Below, one piece after another: positions 37,905-46,890 of a DNA stretch of 64,000 nucleotides (positions are counted from its first letter, which is position 1; each line of letters begins with the position of its first letter). The stretch spans positions 211,301 through 275,300 of the IMG/VR virus record IMGVR_UViG_3300020122_000238, one strand, 5' to 3'. The notes below the pieces were generated by a model, which searched no databases, was not told the origin of the DNA, and saw nothing but the letters and a program-made list of their open reading frames with translations. Made by a program: the position numbers and the translations under genes.

Positions 37905-38234
37905 TCAAGAGAGGAAGAAAAAGTCCACCCTTTTGCCCTCGAACTCCCAAACCTCGACGATCTTCTCATCCTGAGACCCCAAGCTCCGCCACCTCGCCTG
38001 GACGATGTCCTTGTCGTAGAGCTTCTTCAGCCCAGCGCCTCGAAGGATCTGTTCCACCCAGAGCTTGTCCTGATCAGCGGACGACGCCGGGTAGACGATC
38101 AGATCCATGTCTTTGGTGCTCGACCCCTTGATCAAAACACTCCCCGTCAAGCCGAGATAGTACCTCGGCTTGAGAAGCTCGGAAAGCGTGAGAATGAAGG
38201 TCAGGCCGGAATCTCGATCCCAGGTGATAGGCAT
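37905..38234 (-). CDS. minimal nucleotidyltransferase (Pol-beta fold)-like protein
   Basis: LTGSV...KDMDLIV and GKRVDFFF match the hGS..DxD..D pattern. Confidence 0.55.
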   Translation of the reverse strand: MPITWDRDSGLTFILTLSELLKPRYYLGLTGSVLIKGSSTKDMDLIVYPASSADQDKLWVEQILRGAGLKKLYDKDIVQARWRSLGSQDEKIVEVWEFEGKRVDFFFLS

Positions 38235-38245
38235 CCCCAGGGGCT

Positions 38246-38272
38246 ACACCAACCAGGTCAGAGCGATTCCGT
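38246..38272 (-). pseudogene. relic original 3' end of the DUF3307 gene (GIALTWLV*)
   Basis: gga atc gct ctg acc tgg ttg gtg tag encodes the same peptide as the current DUF3307 terminus. Confidence 0.75.
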
Positions 38273-39070
38273 CTCAAGCCACCAAAAATGAGGCAAGTAC
38301 TCTGCGGGTACGAATGGAGATTGACGTCCAGCCACTCGCATAGGTTGGAAATTCACCAGAAGGCGAAGCAAGGTTTCGAACTCCCAAGGTTCTGGTGTTT
38401 TGGGGTCCTTGAGCCATTCTTCAATGAAACCGCGCTGCTCGTATCGAAATCTGGACAGAAAAACTCTTGTCTCAAGAAGTTTGTGCGCCGCGACCATCTG
38501 ATCATAGGCAAGAGCATCCAGTCGAGCCTGCATCTCTACAGAGATGCAGGCTTCCGGCACTCGAAGTCGGAAGCGTTCGGGAACAACAGTTTGAGGGTTC
38601 CAGTCTTCAAGACCCAAGGATGCTCGAAGTTCATTGATATAGGACAGCAGAGAAGAAGACAGACGAAACAATTCTCGTGTCCCCTCCACATAGATCCAGT
38701 CCGACGAAAACCGACTGTGGAGGAGTTTTTCGTCCTCCATGTCTCCTGTTACCCATGCCAGAAGCTCAATCTTGCGCGTCGATGACGACTGTATATTGTT
38801 CAGTCGTTGATGTATGTTGGTGGCAAATCCAATCTTTACCACGTCCGCATCAAGTCGAACAATGTATACCCCTGTAGCTTTTGGCCGAGGGTAAATAGGC
38901 GCGTCCAACTGTGCGGGCATCAATGTGTGCATGGCCCTGCGCCAATAAAAAAGACATGCTGCACATGTGAAGGATACCCAATATCCGTGCCCCTCATGCA
39001 CCTCAACGGTCGTTGAGGTGCATGAGGGGCACGGAGGGGTAAGCGCGGGCGGGAAGAAAACAAGAACCAC
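38258..39070 (-). CDS. GIY-YIG superfamily (T5orf172/MUG113-like) protein with N-terminal zinc ribbon
   Basis: CPSC...CAAC; GVYIV...VKIGFATNIHQRL...EKLLHSRF...ELF; AT-richer. Confidence 0.75.
   Translation of the reverse strand: MVLVFFPPALTPPCPSCTSTTVEVHEGHGYWVSFTCAACLFYWRRAMHTLMPAQLDAPIYPRPKATGVYIVRLDADVVKIGFATNIHQRLNNIQSSSTRKIELLAWVTGDMEDEKLLHSRFSSDWIYVEGTRELFRLSSSLLSYINELRASLGLEDWNPQTVVPERFRLRVPEACISVEMQARLDALAYDQMVAAHKLLETRVFLSRFRYEQRGFIEEWLKDPKTPEPWEFETLLRLLVNFQPMRVAGRQSPFVPAEYLPHFWWLETESL
38984..39035. repeat. 25-bp perfect inverted repeat inside the 5' coding region of the GIY-YIG gene
   Basis: TCCGTGCCCCTCATGCACCTCAACG-GT-CGTTGAGGTGCATGAGGGGCACGGA. Confidence 0.95.
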
Positions 39071-39078
39071 GAGGACAC

Positions 39079-39633
39079 CTACACCAAGGCTGCCCTCAAA
39101 TATCCGGTGGCAGTCTCCAGACGCTCCAAAGTGTCCCCCAGCAAACCAAGCGCCAGATTGCAGCTATGACAGAGAAGACCCCGGACCTTGCCCGTTGTGT
39201 GGCAGTGGTCGACGGCCCAAGAGGAGTTGTCCTTCTGTCCAGGTTTGTCTGCTCGGCAAATGGCACAACGTCCGCCTTGAGCTTCAAGCATCCTGGCGTA
39301 GTCGTCAGGGGTCAAGCCCTTCTTCTTGAGTCGTGAAACCCACGACTTGTAAGTGTTTTCGTTGCGATGCCCCTTCCGATACTCTTGGGCCTCAACGAGG
39401 TGCTCAGAATGGTACTTGCGCATCCGAGCCCGACGAGCATCAGAATTCTCGTGGTATCTGCGGTTGTTGTCCGAGATGCGCTTCTCGTGGTGCTTCCTGA
39501 AGTCGGCCTTCGATTGGAGGCGACGACAAGGCGGGCACCTCGATTGCGGCTTCATCACGCCGCGTTTCTTGATGAGACCGAAGACTTCCAACGGGAATGG
39601 GAGGGTACAGCCGGGGCAGATTTTCTCTTCCAT
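39079..39633 (-). CDS. endonuclease VII-like HNH protein
   Basis: CPGC...CPPC; QGGRCAIC...VDHCHTTGKVRGLLCHSCNLALG. Confidence 0.85.
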   Translation of the reverse strand: MEEKICPGCTLPFPLEVFGLIKKRGVMKPQSRCPPCRRLQSKADFRKHHEKRISDNNRRYHENSDARRARMRKYHSEHLVEAQEYRKGHRNENTYKSWVSRLKKKGLTPDDYARMLEAQGGRCAICRADKPGQKDNSSWAVDHCHTTGKVRGLLCHSCNLALGLLGDTLERLETATGYLRAALV

Positions 39634-39684
39634 TCTGACAAGCGGCTCGTATTAATGAGAAACCACGCCAGAATGATGAGAAAC

Positions 39685-40230
39685 CTAAAGCCAGGTCAAC
39701 GCGATGCCATTACAAATCAAATGGCAAGTATTATCACAAATGATGAGGAGCCAGACGGAGAGCCACATCGGCCGGTCCTTGTGGTAGCCCGTCCCGACGC
39801 AGTCCGACCACATATAGTTGCGGACCATGGGCTTCTCGCTGGGGATATCCGAAGGGTCCATGTGCGTGCAAGTGCCGCATTTACGACAGGCTTTGATACC
39901 GCTGGGAGGAGCATCATGCTCTGTGAGGCTCACGCAGACCGCACAGAAGGTATCCCGTCGGTAGGTCGGAGCAAGCCACTTCGGAGCGAGGAAGTTTTTC
40001 GCCCAACAGACGTAGCGGGCGAGCCGGAAGCGGTCGATGAGGAAGTGGGTGAGGATGATGAACGCGAGCGCAGGGAGCGAACGCGTGATGAAGAGGAACG
40101 GTAGGCTGTAGCTCAGCGCATGAGCCGCAGCCGGAACCGAACTCTTCGTTTTTTCTTGAGCTTGCCAATCACTTTGTAAAAGGTAGTCCCCCACCAAGTG
40201 ACAAAGAAGCGCATCAGCAGTTAGAAACAT
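39685..40230 (-). CDS. DUF3307 family membrane protein with inserted CxxC...CxxC
   Basis: HLVGDYLLQSDW, AHALSY, THFLIDRF, DNTCH. Confidence 0.8.
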   Translation of the reverse strand: MFLTADALLCHLVGDYLLQSDWQAQEKTKSSVPAAAHALSYSLPFLFITRSLPALAFIILTHFLIDRFRLARYVCWAKNFLAPKWLAPTYRRDTFCAVCVSLTEHDAPPSGIKACRKCGTCTHMDPSDIPSEKPMVRNYMWSDCVGTGYHKDRPMWLSVWLLIICDNTCHLICNGIALTWL

Positions 40231-40726
40231 TTTCTATCCTTTGATGGGGGCAAGTACCCCCAAATCGAGTCGACCAATTGCAGTTCATGCAGAGCACCGT
40301 ATACCCTTCCTGGGGCCATCCCTTGTTTCGTAGGTCCCGGTAGGTATTCGATCCCCCTCCCACCTGTTTGCGATGGGAGGCCCCGTCCCTATTCAAATGC
40401 TCCAGGGTCAAAAACTCTTCGCACTCCTCACCGCAGCACTTACAGGAGCCCCCATAAGCAGCAATCATCTCTCGCTTCAAACGGAGAAATGACGCGTGAC
40501 TGCTCTGTCGAGCTTCCTCTGGGTGCTCTTTTCTGAAGCGCAGTTGGGCTGCGTTATTTCTTTCGCGTTTTTTGGGGTCTGACAGGTATGTCTGCCTATA
40601 GACAGCCTGCTTTGTCTTGAAACAGGCTTTACACCAAGGTTGACGGCCATCCTTGGACCCCTTACGAGGCGGGAAAGTATCCGTGGGGAAGGGATCTCCA
40701 CAGGTGCGGCAGTTTTTGAGAGGCAT
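40214..40726 (-). CDS. HNH endonuclease-like protein
   Basis: CRTC...CKAC; CKCCG...LTLEH...VLCMNCN; AT-rich. Confidence 0.75.
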   Translation of the reverse strand: MPLKNCRTCGDPFPTDTFPPRKGSKDGRQPWCKACFKTKQAVYRQTYLSDPKKRERNNAAQLRFRKEHPEEARQSSHASFLRLKREMIAAYGGSCKCCGEECEEFLTLEHLNRDGASHRKQVGGGSNTYRDLRNKGWPQEGYTVLCMNCNWSTRFGGTCPHQRIENVSNC

Positions 40727-40763
40727 GTCTACAAACAGACAGCCGTATAATTGGAGTACCGCA

Positions 40764-40796
40764 ATCTCCGATGAGTTGAGCGGCAGTAAAAATCAT
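40764..40796 (-). pseudogene. relic original 5' end of the DUF3307 gene (MIFTAAQLIGD)
   Basis: Preceded by GGTGTA-N10; resembles the current start MFLTADALLCHLVGD. Confidence 0.6.
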
Positions 40797-40842
40797 ACCG
40801 CTCAACTACACCAGCTACGAGACAATCAGAGGGAAGCCCCGT

Positions 40843-41823
40843 TCAGTCCTCCCAGAGAGAATTGTCCCAGAGCTTCACATTCATCTCCCAGATCATGTCG
40901 TGACCCTCCAGCCCGGTCAGGTACTTCTCGGGGATGCCCTTGTAGCGGTAGAAAGCCCCCGCGAAGGATCCGGCGATGGCCGCTGTCGTATCCGTGTCTC
41001 CGCCCGCCCGAATGGCCGAGACAATCGCTTCCTCGTAGGTGTCCGTGAGCAGGAAGCAGGCGAACGCAGCCGGCACCGTCTGGAGAACATGGCCCTTGGT
41101 GCCAATCTCCAGAAGGAGAGTGGGCAGATTCACCCTCGGCTCCGTCACCGCTTCCACAGCCAGCCGGTTCAGCAGATCCTTGATCTGCGAAGACCGCAGC
41201 TTGGAAATGACCTCCGTGAAGGCATTCAGCTTGCTGTAGGTACAGTCCCGACGGCACAGGAGAGCAACCATCCCGGCGACGGCAGCGGAGCCTTCCTCGG
41301 CCTCCAGGGAGCGATGGGTGAGCTGGGCATCCCGACGAGCCACAGCCATCCCCTCATCGAGGGGCCGATGGCAGTAGTACATCCCAATCGGGGTCGCCCT
41401 CATCGCGGTCCCGTTGCCCTCGGACCCAACGACTCCGCACGTCTCGGGGTTTCCTTCGCGAGCGAAGGTCTCCAGGGCCTTCTTCGTCGTCCCACCAATG
41501 CCCCGGCAATCCACAGACTGGAACCAGGCGAGGTAAAACTGAGCCACGGTGACAGGGTCAAACCCCCGACGCTTCACCAGAGCCCCTGCGAGCGCGAGCG
41601 ACATCTGAGTGTCGTCCGTCCACTCCCCAGCTTCTTGGTCGTGGAAGCCCCCGCGGGAATCGCGGTACTCCCCCTTCCAGGTGAGAAGGTCCTGGTCGAC
41701 GATGTGGGACTTGCTGAAGGGCTTCTCGAACGGCGCCCCGAGAGCATCCCCAATGGCGAGCCCGACGAGCGGGGCGGGGTAATGCTGCATGATATCCGCC
41801 AATGCTTCCTTCGAAAGAGTCAT
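40843..41823 (-). CDS. ADP-ribosylglycohydrolase (DraG/ARH family)
   Basis: GLAIGDALG, WTDDTQM, GNGTAMR, LTH, GGDTDTTAAIAG. Confidence 0.92.
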   Translation of the reverse strand: MTLSKEALADIMQHYPAPLVGLAIGDALGAPFEKPFSKSHIVDQDLLTWKGEYRDSRGGFHDQEAGEWTDDTQMSLALAGALVKRRGFDPVTVAQFYLAWFQSVDCRGIGGTTKKALETFAREGNPETCGVVGSEGNGTAMRATPIGMYYCHRPLDEGMAVARRDAQLTHRSLEAEEGSAAVAGMVALLCRRDCTYSKLNAFTEVISKLRSSQIKDLLNRLAVEAVTEPRVNLPTLLLEIGTKGHVLQTVPAAFACFLLTDTYEEAIVSAIRAGGDTDTTAAIAGSFAGAFYRYKGIPEKYLTGLEGHDMIWEMNVKLWDNSLWED

Positions 41824-42227
41824 TACAATCCGCTCTCCTGGGGGGTCTTGCGCACACGGGCCTTGGTCATGCTGAGCGCAGCATGACTCACGGTATCCTT
41901 GCCCAAGACCTTGAACTCGTGATCCACGATGAGCAACCCCACCCGGTTGTCCCAGCCGATGGAAAAACGGTAGAGCCAGGCGTCATCGACCTTGAGGATG
42001 GTCTTCAGATGAGTCCAGGCTTGAGCGCTTTTGGCCAGATCGAAAGCCCACAGGACAGCGCCCAGAGCGGTACATCGAACGGGGACATTCTTGTCCAACC
42101 CCGTCCAATCGAACATCGCTCCACGGTCGAGCTGGATCCCTTGAGCTTCGGCCGTGTCGCACGCTTCCCCGATGATCTGGAGGGCCGGCTTCCGAGGCGG
42201 GACATAGAGAACGTTCAGTTCAATCAC
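41823..42227 (-). CDS. hypothetical protein
   Basis: GTG start 11 nt after GGTGTA. Confidence 0.7.
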   Translation of the reverse strand: MIELNVLYVPPRKPALQIIGEACDTAEAQGIQLDRGAMFDWTGLDKNVPVRCTALGAVLWAFDLAKSAQAWTHLKTILKVDDAWLYRFSIGWDNRVGLLIVDHEFKVLGKDTVSHAALSMTKARVRKTPQESGL

Positions 42228-42900
42228 CTTTTGGGTTTACACCGAATTCGGGGGAATCGAGCTGGTCCCAAGATGTTGGACGTCGATTGTACTCCGCCTC
42301 AGCCCGACGGCGCTTTTTCTCTTCTCGACGCCGGACCTGGTCATCGGTGAGAGACGGAGTATTTGCAGCTTGAAGCTCGACGCCATCAACCCAAGGGGGG
42401 CGTTGGGGCGTATATTCCTCAAGAACCACGTCAACCGCAAAAGACAGCGTTGCAACCTGTACTTCTCTTGGGGTTCTTTCGGCGGAACCAGCGAAGTTCA
42501 CCTCGAAGGGACCATCTTGCCGTTCTTGCAGGATGGTAAAGGCATCCTGAAATAAAGTGATATCTCTTTCGATGATGGTGTGTGTACCCCCCAAAATGTG
42601 TACTCCAAACCTGTCAATGGAAGAGACCATTGACAGGTTACATACAAGTCCAGCTTGTCGGAGCTGTCGGCTGGCTTCAAAAGGAGAAATAGGCACTACT
42701 ACTTCCGACACTGGAGCAGGCTGCGGCGGAGGAGACCAACCATGGGGCTTGCGAATCACCCGCGTGAGCACCCCGTTCTGCTCTGAGAAGGCCTGGCTGC
42801 TTTGAATCGCCTCGTGCTCATGCACAGAAGCGAGAGACGGAAGGTCAACCCACCCGGCACGGGCCGCACGAGACTGGACGCAGTAGAAGCGAGAAGGCAT
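42220..42900 (-). CDS. hypothetical protein with near-C-terminal tag
   Basis: RRPTSWDQLDSPEF; GGTGTA-N10-ATG. Confidence 0.75.
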   Translation of the reverse strand: MPSRFYCVQSRAARAGWVDLPSLASVHEHEAIQSSQAFSEQNGVLTRVIRKPHGWSPPPQPAPVSEVVVPISPFEASRQLRQAGLVCNLSMVSSIDRFGVHILGGTHTIIERDITLFQDAFTILQERQDGPFEVNFAGSAERTPREVQVATLSFAVDVVLEEYTPQRPPWVDGVELQAANTPSLTDDQVRRREEKKRRRAEAEYNRRPTSWDQLDSPEFGVNPKGD

Positions 42901-42909
42901 ACCCCGCTT

Positions 42910-43245
42910 CTACACCGCGGGGTATGTCGACCTTTTGGGTATCTCGACCCCCACCCGGGCCGTGGAGATCAAAACAGCAACAAGAGCCTCCCGTTGATTC
43001 GGTGTGAGGCTCGTGGGGTCGATCTCGACGGGCCCCGATTCAATGCTTCGTTCCGCCAGCGTCAGAATGTCGAGCGTCGGAAGAGCCTTGATCAGCTTCC
43101 CCCATCGAGACACAGCAAGCCGGCGACGGTCGTGCTCCACTTCCCACAAGTAAGGAGCTGAAAGACCCATAATCTTCCCAAGCCCCCTGAGACTCAATCC
43201 CACAGCTTGACGTTGCTCACGAATGAGGCTTCCGACTGTTTGCAT
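42910..43245 (-). CDS. XRE-family helix-turn-helix regulator
   Basis: LIREQRQAVGLSLRGLGKIMGLSAPYLWEVEHDRR. Confidence 0.8.
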   Translation of the reverse strand: MQTVGSLIREQRQAVGLSLRGLGKIMGLSAPYLWEVEHDRRRLAVSRWGKLIKALPTLDILTLAERSIESGPVEIDPTSLTPNQREALVAVLISTARVGVEIPKRSTYPAV

Positions 43246-43257
43246 ACGCGCTAACTA

Positions 43258-43431
43258 CTACACCGAAGGTTTGGGCAGCTTCGTCTTGGGGGTGCCGACC
43301 ATCTTGACGCCCCTCGCCGGGCTCGTCTTCCCCGCGCAAGAGGAGCAAAGAGGGACCGTGGTGCCCCCTTTGGTGGTGTATGCGGGGGCTCCGCAGTTGA
43401 GGCACTTGTCACCCTGAGTCGTGGTAGTCAT
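43258..43431 (-). CDS. small zinc-ribbon protein (57 aa, not in ORF track)
   Basis: MTTTTQGDKCLNCG...PLCSSC...; ends in GGTGTAG. Confidence 0.55.
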   Translation of the reverse strand: MTTTTQGDKCLNCGAPAYTTKGGTTVPLCSSCAGKTSPARGVKMVGTPKTKLPKPSV

Positions 43432-43455
43432 GTCGAGAGGTCTACCACAAATTCT

Positions 43456-44289
43456 TCAGGGGATGCTCAGATCAACGCCCGCGGCCAGAGCCAGGCGTCG
43501 GAGGGTCTCCCGTACCTGCTTGCGATACTTCGGGTTGAAGCTCCTACGCATGGCGTCCGTGTAGACTTGCCGGAGGTAGACAGGGTTCCCCACCACCGCA
43601 TTGGAAGCCTGGAAATCCGCGATTCCAGCCGACATGAGGAGGTCATAGTCGGGGTTGTCTTCGTAGACGGGCGTGACCTCGGGGAATGCTTTCAGCAGTT
43701 CCGTGTACATGCTCTCCAAGGTCAACCCCCAGGTGAGCTGGTACACCTTCCCCGTGGGAGGCACCACCAACAGGAAGTTGTGCTCCCTGTTGTAGGGAGG
43801 GCAAACCCCCTCCCAGCAATACCAATCCGATTCGCCTCCCCACTCGTGCCAGGCTTCCCGGGTATCCCATCGAGCGATCCACCCATAGCGACACTTGCGA
43901 AGATCTCCAATCACCCGATACTTGGCGTCGAAGCCCTCGACGTGTTTGAGCCACTCCTCTGCCGCAATATGCGCTTCGCGGCCCCCGAAGATATCGACCT
44001 CTTTCAAGTCCTTGATGTTCTGAGGCGGACCATGATCGCGCCCTTGGCGGTCGGCCTGGATCACTCTCCCGAGCATGTGTTGAAACGACAGAGCGTATTC
44101 CTTCGCCTCCTCGAAGGAGGCGAAGGGGAGCTGGGTGTTGAGCGGGATCATGCCGAACCCGACGTCATAGCCGCCAGGCTCAGCATGCGGGTGACAACGA
44201 GCATCATTCCCAGAGGCCGTTCGCCCCTTGCACCGCCAAATGTGTACGTGACAGGACGCTTCTTCTTCGGCGGTCAAGGGGGTTGCCAT
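43456..44289 (-). CDS. hypothetical protein
   Basis: 277-aa ORF. Confidence 0.7.
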   Translation of the reverse strand: MATPLTAEEEASCHVHIWRCKGRTASGNDARCHPHAEPGGYDVGFGMIPLNTQLPFASFEEAKEYALSFQHMLGRVIQADRQGRDHGPPQNIKDLKEVDIFGGREAHIAAEEWLKHVEGFDAKYRVIGDLRKCRYGWIARWDTREAWHEWGGESDWYCWEGVCPPYNREHNFLLVVPPTGKVYQLTWGLTLESMYTELLKAFPEVTPVYEDNPDYDLLMSAGIADFQASNAVVGNPVYLRQVYTDAMRRSFNPKYRKQVRETLRRLALAAGVDLSIP

Positions 44290-44297
44290 TGGGAGAC

Positions 44298-45140
44298 CTA
44301 CTGCGCTTCGACGGCCCAGCTCGTTCCGGGGACGACGCGCTCGAACAGGTTGGTGTTCTGCCCCTCGTAGCCGAGACGAGCGAAGTTCCGGATGGGGAAG
44401 TACCAGTCCCCATTGCGCATGGTCCGCATGGTCTTCACCCCTGCCACGCGAGCCGCGAGATAGGGCTGGACGCTGCGGTCCATGCTCCGGTCCGTATAGT
44501 AGACCGGGCTCGCTTGAGACATCGCGCGAAGCCCCGTCCCGACGATGAGGGAGTGGTCCGTGGCCACGTCGGCATTGAGATTCGGGGGACGACCGTCGTG
44601 CCCATCCAGACCCGGGAGGAAGAGATTCGCGGTGTCAGTCGGCGTGTACCACCAGAGGAGGGGCTCCGCGCTCACATGCCCGCTCCAGCAACACAGAGCG
44701 AACTGCGAGTAGGGGTAGAGCCTGGCGTAGGCGTCGAAGATGGCCTGGTTGATCTTCGGCCGCTTGGCCATGGGCACGAACCCGAGCGCGGACGGGATGG
44801 CGCTCGCATCTTCCGCGAGGACGACCGTGTAGGACCCGCTGTCGAAGACCTGGATCCCCTTGAGACCATCGGACCCCAGCGAGCGCGTGTCGCTCCGCGT
44901 CTTGGGGGTGATGGCTTCCACCATATCCTTGAGGCAGTTCGGAGCCGAGCGCGTGTCGATGATGTTCTCTGGGCCCATCGGGGTCTTCGAGGGGATCGGC
45001 AAAAGCATCGCATTCGGCCCGACGCTCACAGCCATGTTGCTGTAGCCGAGCGTGTGCATCACCCCGCCCTTGGGGTCAGGCAGCTCGGCAGTGTAGAGGA
45101 TGGTCTTTGAGAGGGTGGCGGGAGCGAGGGTGCAACACAT
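44298..45140 (-). CDS. conserved hypothetical protein
   Basis: MCCTLAPA...GPNAMLLP...CCW...PLLWWY.P...PGLDGHDG; very GC3-rich. Confidence 0.75.
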   Translation of the reverse strand: MCCTLAPATLSKTILYTAELPDPKGGVMHTLGYSNMAVSVGPNAMLLPIPSKTPMGPENIIDTRSAPNCLKDMVEAITPKTRSDTRSLGSDGLKGIQVFDSGSYTVVLAEDASAIPSALGFVPMAKRPKINQAIFDAYARLYPYSQFALCCWSGHVSAEPLLWWYTPTDTANLFLPGLDGHDGRPPNLNADVATDHSLIVGTGLRAMSQASPVYYTDRSMDRSVQPYLAARVAGVKTMRTMRNGDWYFPIRNFARLGYEGQNTNLFERVVPGTSWAVEAQ

Positions 45141-45163
45141 GGAGATTCGATACTTTCGAGGGT

Positions 45164-45946
45164 TCAGATCAGACGAAGAGAGGGAATCGTCCGCTCTTCC
45201 TGAGAGACGATGTTTTCTTCTTGGGCCTTCTTGAGGAAGCTCAGAGTCGGAGTGAAGGTCTTCTCCAGCTCCCGACGAGAGTTGTTGAGTGAGGTGATCT
45301 TGGACAGGAGGTCGCTCTGGGTCGTGATGGTCACCGCGTCGACCTTGTACCCCTTCTGCGCTTCTTGAGCGAGGAGCCGAAAGCTTGCAGAGATCGCCCG
45401 ACAGTCCCCGAGGTCTCGCCGAATCGCCTTGAAGTAGAAGTCGTTGCTGATGGCCGTGGTGACGAACGCGACGATCATGCTGACGATCACGATCCAGAGG
45501 CGGTAGTTTTCGGGGCCCCATCCGTGATGGGCAAGGATGCCGATGACGGGGACGAAGCTCACGAGCAACCCGTAGAAGATCCACATGCGGGTCTGCTTCT
45601 CCGAATCGTGTTTCGTGAGCTGGTCGTCGTGCATCATCATCGACGCGGTCGCCTTGATCCCGCAGTCTGTCTCCATCTCGAAACAGAACTGTTGGAAGGC
45701 CTCGCGGTCCTTCAGCTCAGGCGGAACGTTCGCCGCCACACGAGCCGCCTCTTTGGCTCGTGCGGCCTCTTCCTGCTTCTGGACTGCGGACTGTGAGGCG
45801 ACCAGCTCCGCGTACCGATCGTCGGCCTCCTGCTTGACGTTGAGGACAAGATTCACGTCGAGATCCTGGAGCAGCTTGTGGAAGCTGCTCCGCGCCTCTT
45901 GGACGAGAGAGGCGCAGCGGTCTTCGAGGCTCTTGGGTGTGGGCAT
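45164..45946 (-). CDS. coiled-coil two-TM membrane protein
   Basis: N-terminal coiled coil, two TM helices, helical C-terminus; GGTGTA-N10-ATG. Confidence 0.75.
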   Translation of the reverse strand: MPTPKSLEDRCASLVQEARSSFHKLLQDLDVNLVLNVKQEADDRYAELVASQSAVQKQEEAARAKEAARVAANVPPELKDREAFQQFCFEMETDCGIKATASMMMHDDQLTKHDSEKQTRMWIFYGLLVSFVPVIGILAHHGWGPENYRLWIVIVSMIVAFVTTAISNDFYFKAIRRDLGDCRAISASFRLLAQEAQKGYKVDAVTITTQSDLLSKITSLNNSRRELEKTFTPTLSFLKKAQEENIVSQEERTIPSLRLI

Positions 45947-45955
45947 GGGGGACCT

Positions 45956-46189
45956 TTACACCACAAAGCCACGATACTCGATCGCGTCCAGCTTGGGGGT
46001 GCCTTCTCCGCGAAGGATGAGCCCTACCTCATCCTTCGGTCTCGGGTAGCGGGGGAAGTCGATGCCGACGAGCTGCCAGGACCGATCCCCTTGATGCAAG
46101 AAATCTCCCACTCTGATGGGGGTCTCGGGCAACCCCTTGATGAGAGCGATCATCCGGTCCTTGGTGTGGAAAATCGCGAAGATGTTCAA
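45956..46189 (-). CDS. hypothetical protein
   Basis: Coupled ORF. Confidence 0.65.
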   Translation of the reverse strand: MNIFAIFHTKDRMIALIKGLPETPIRVGDFLHQGDRSWQLVGIDFPRYPRPKDEVGLILRGEGTPKLDAIEYRGFVV

Positions 46190-46881
46190 AATTCATCCTC
46201 CCCCAAAAGCGCGCGGCCCAACGTCGAGAGATGGGGGCCGAAGGGCTTCGCCGGGGCCAGCTCATTTCTGGATTCGACCCTGGAGTCCAGAGTTCTCGAA
46301 AAGACGTAGCAGAGCCGGGGGTGGCTGAGTTGTCGAAGAGCCTGTTGCAAGTCTTTGGCTGCTCGGGGCGCAAGGTGCATGTCCTCGAACGCGAAGACGA
46401 ACAGGGGGTTCTCGTTTCGCAAACCACCCGCGATGAACTCCGTAGCCTCATTGACGTATTCGTACCAGACCGAGTGTCTATCCGTGGCGGCCCACCTCGG
46501 CGGTTCGAGTTCAAACAGTACGCTCACGTACTGCCGCCAGGCGTTCTGCACTCGCTCCGAGCTGTTCTCGTTCCACCCCATAGTCCGAAATCGACTCAAA
46601 ACGACAGCATTCAACGCCGACATCAGGTAGAAAGGCAGGGAGGTGGTGTTTCGAGTAACTTCGTTGATCTCGAAGTTATCCCAGACTCGCACAGGGATGA
46701 TGTTGTGGTACAGGCACTCGTTCAACAGCTCGCCGATAGTACAGGCGCCATGGAGATCCAGGGTGATCGGTTGTCCCCGTCCCCTCAGATCCACGAAGTC
46801 TTGTCGTCTGTGGGACTCGTTGCGCCAAGGACGGTCGAGCTGACGAAGAGCATCATGAAGTTGCTGGGGTCTGATTTCCAC
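46186..46881 (-). CDS. hypothetical protein with degenerate C-terminal tag
   Basis: Ends LSTLGRALLGEDEF; GGTGTA-N10-GTG. Confidence 0.7.
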   Translation of the reverse strand: MEIRPQQLHDALRQLDRPWRNESHRRQDFVDLRGRGQPITLDLHGACTIGELLNECLYHNIIPVRVWDNFEINEVTRNTTSLPFYLMSALNAVVLSRFRTMGWNENSSERVQNAWRQYVSVLFELEPPRWAATDRHSVWYEYVNEATEFIAGGLRNENPLFVFAFEDMHLAPRAAKDLQQALRQLSHPRLCYVFSRTLDSRVESRNELAPAKPFGPHLSTLGRALLGEDEF

Positions 46882-46890
46882 AAGGGGGGC

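Noticed and set aside
4598-40726. Group I introns or inteins housing the endonucleases
   Set aside because: The nuclease ORFs abut or overlap intact neighbours, and no intron core or intein motifs were seen.
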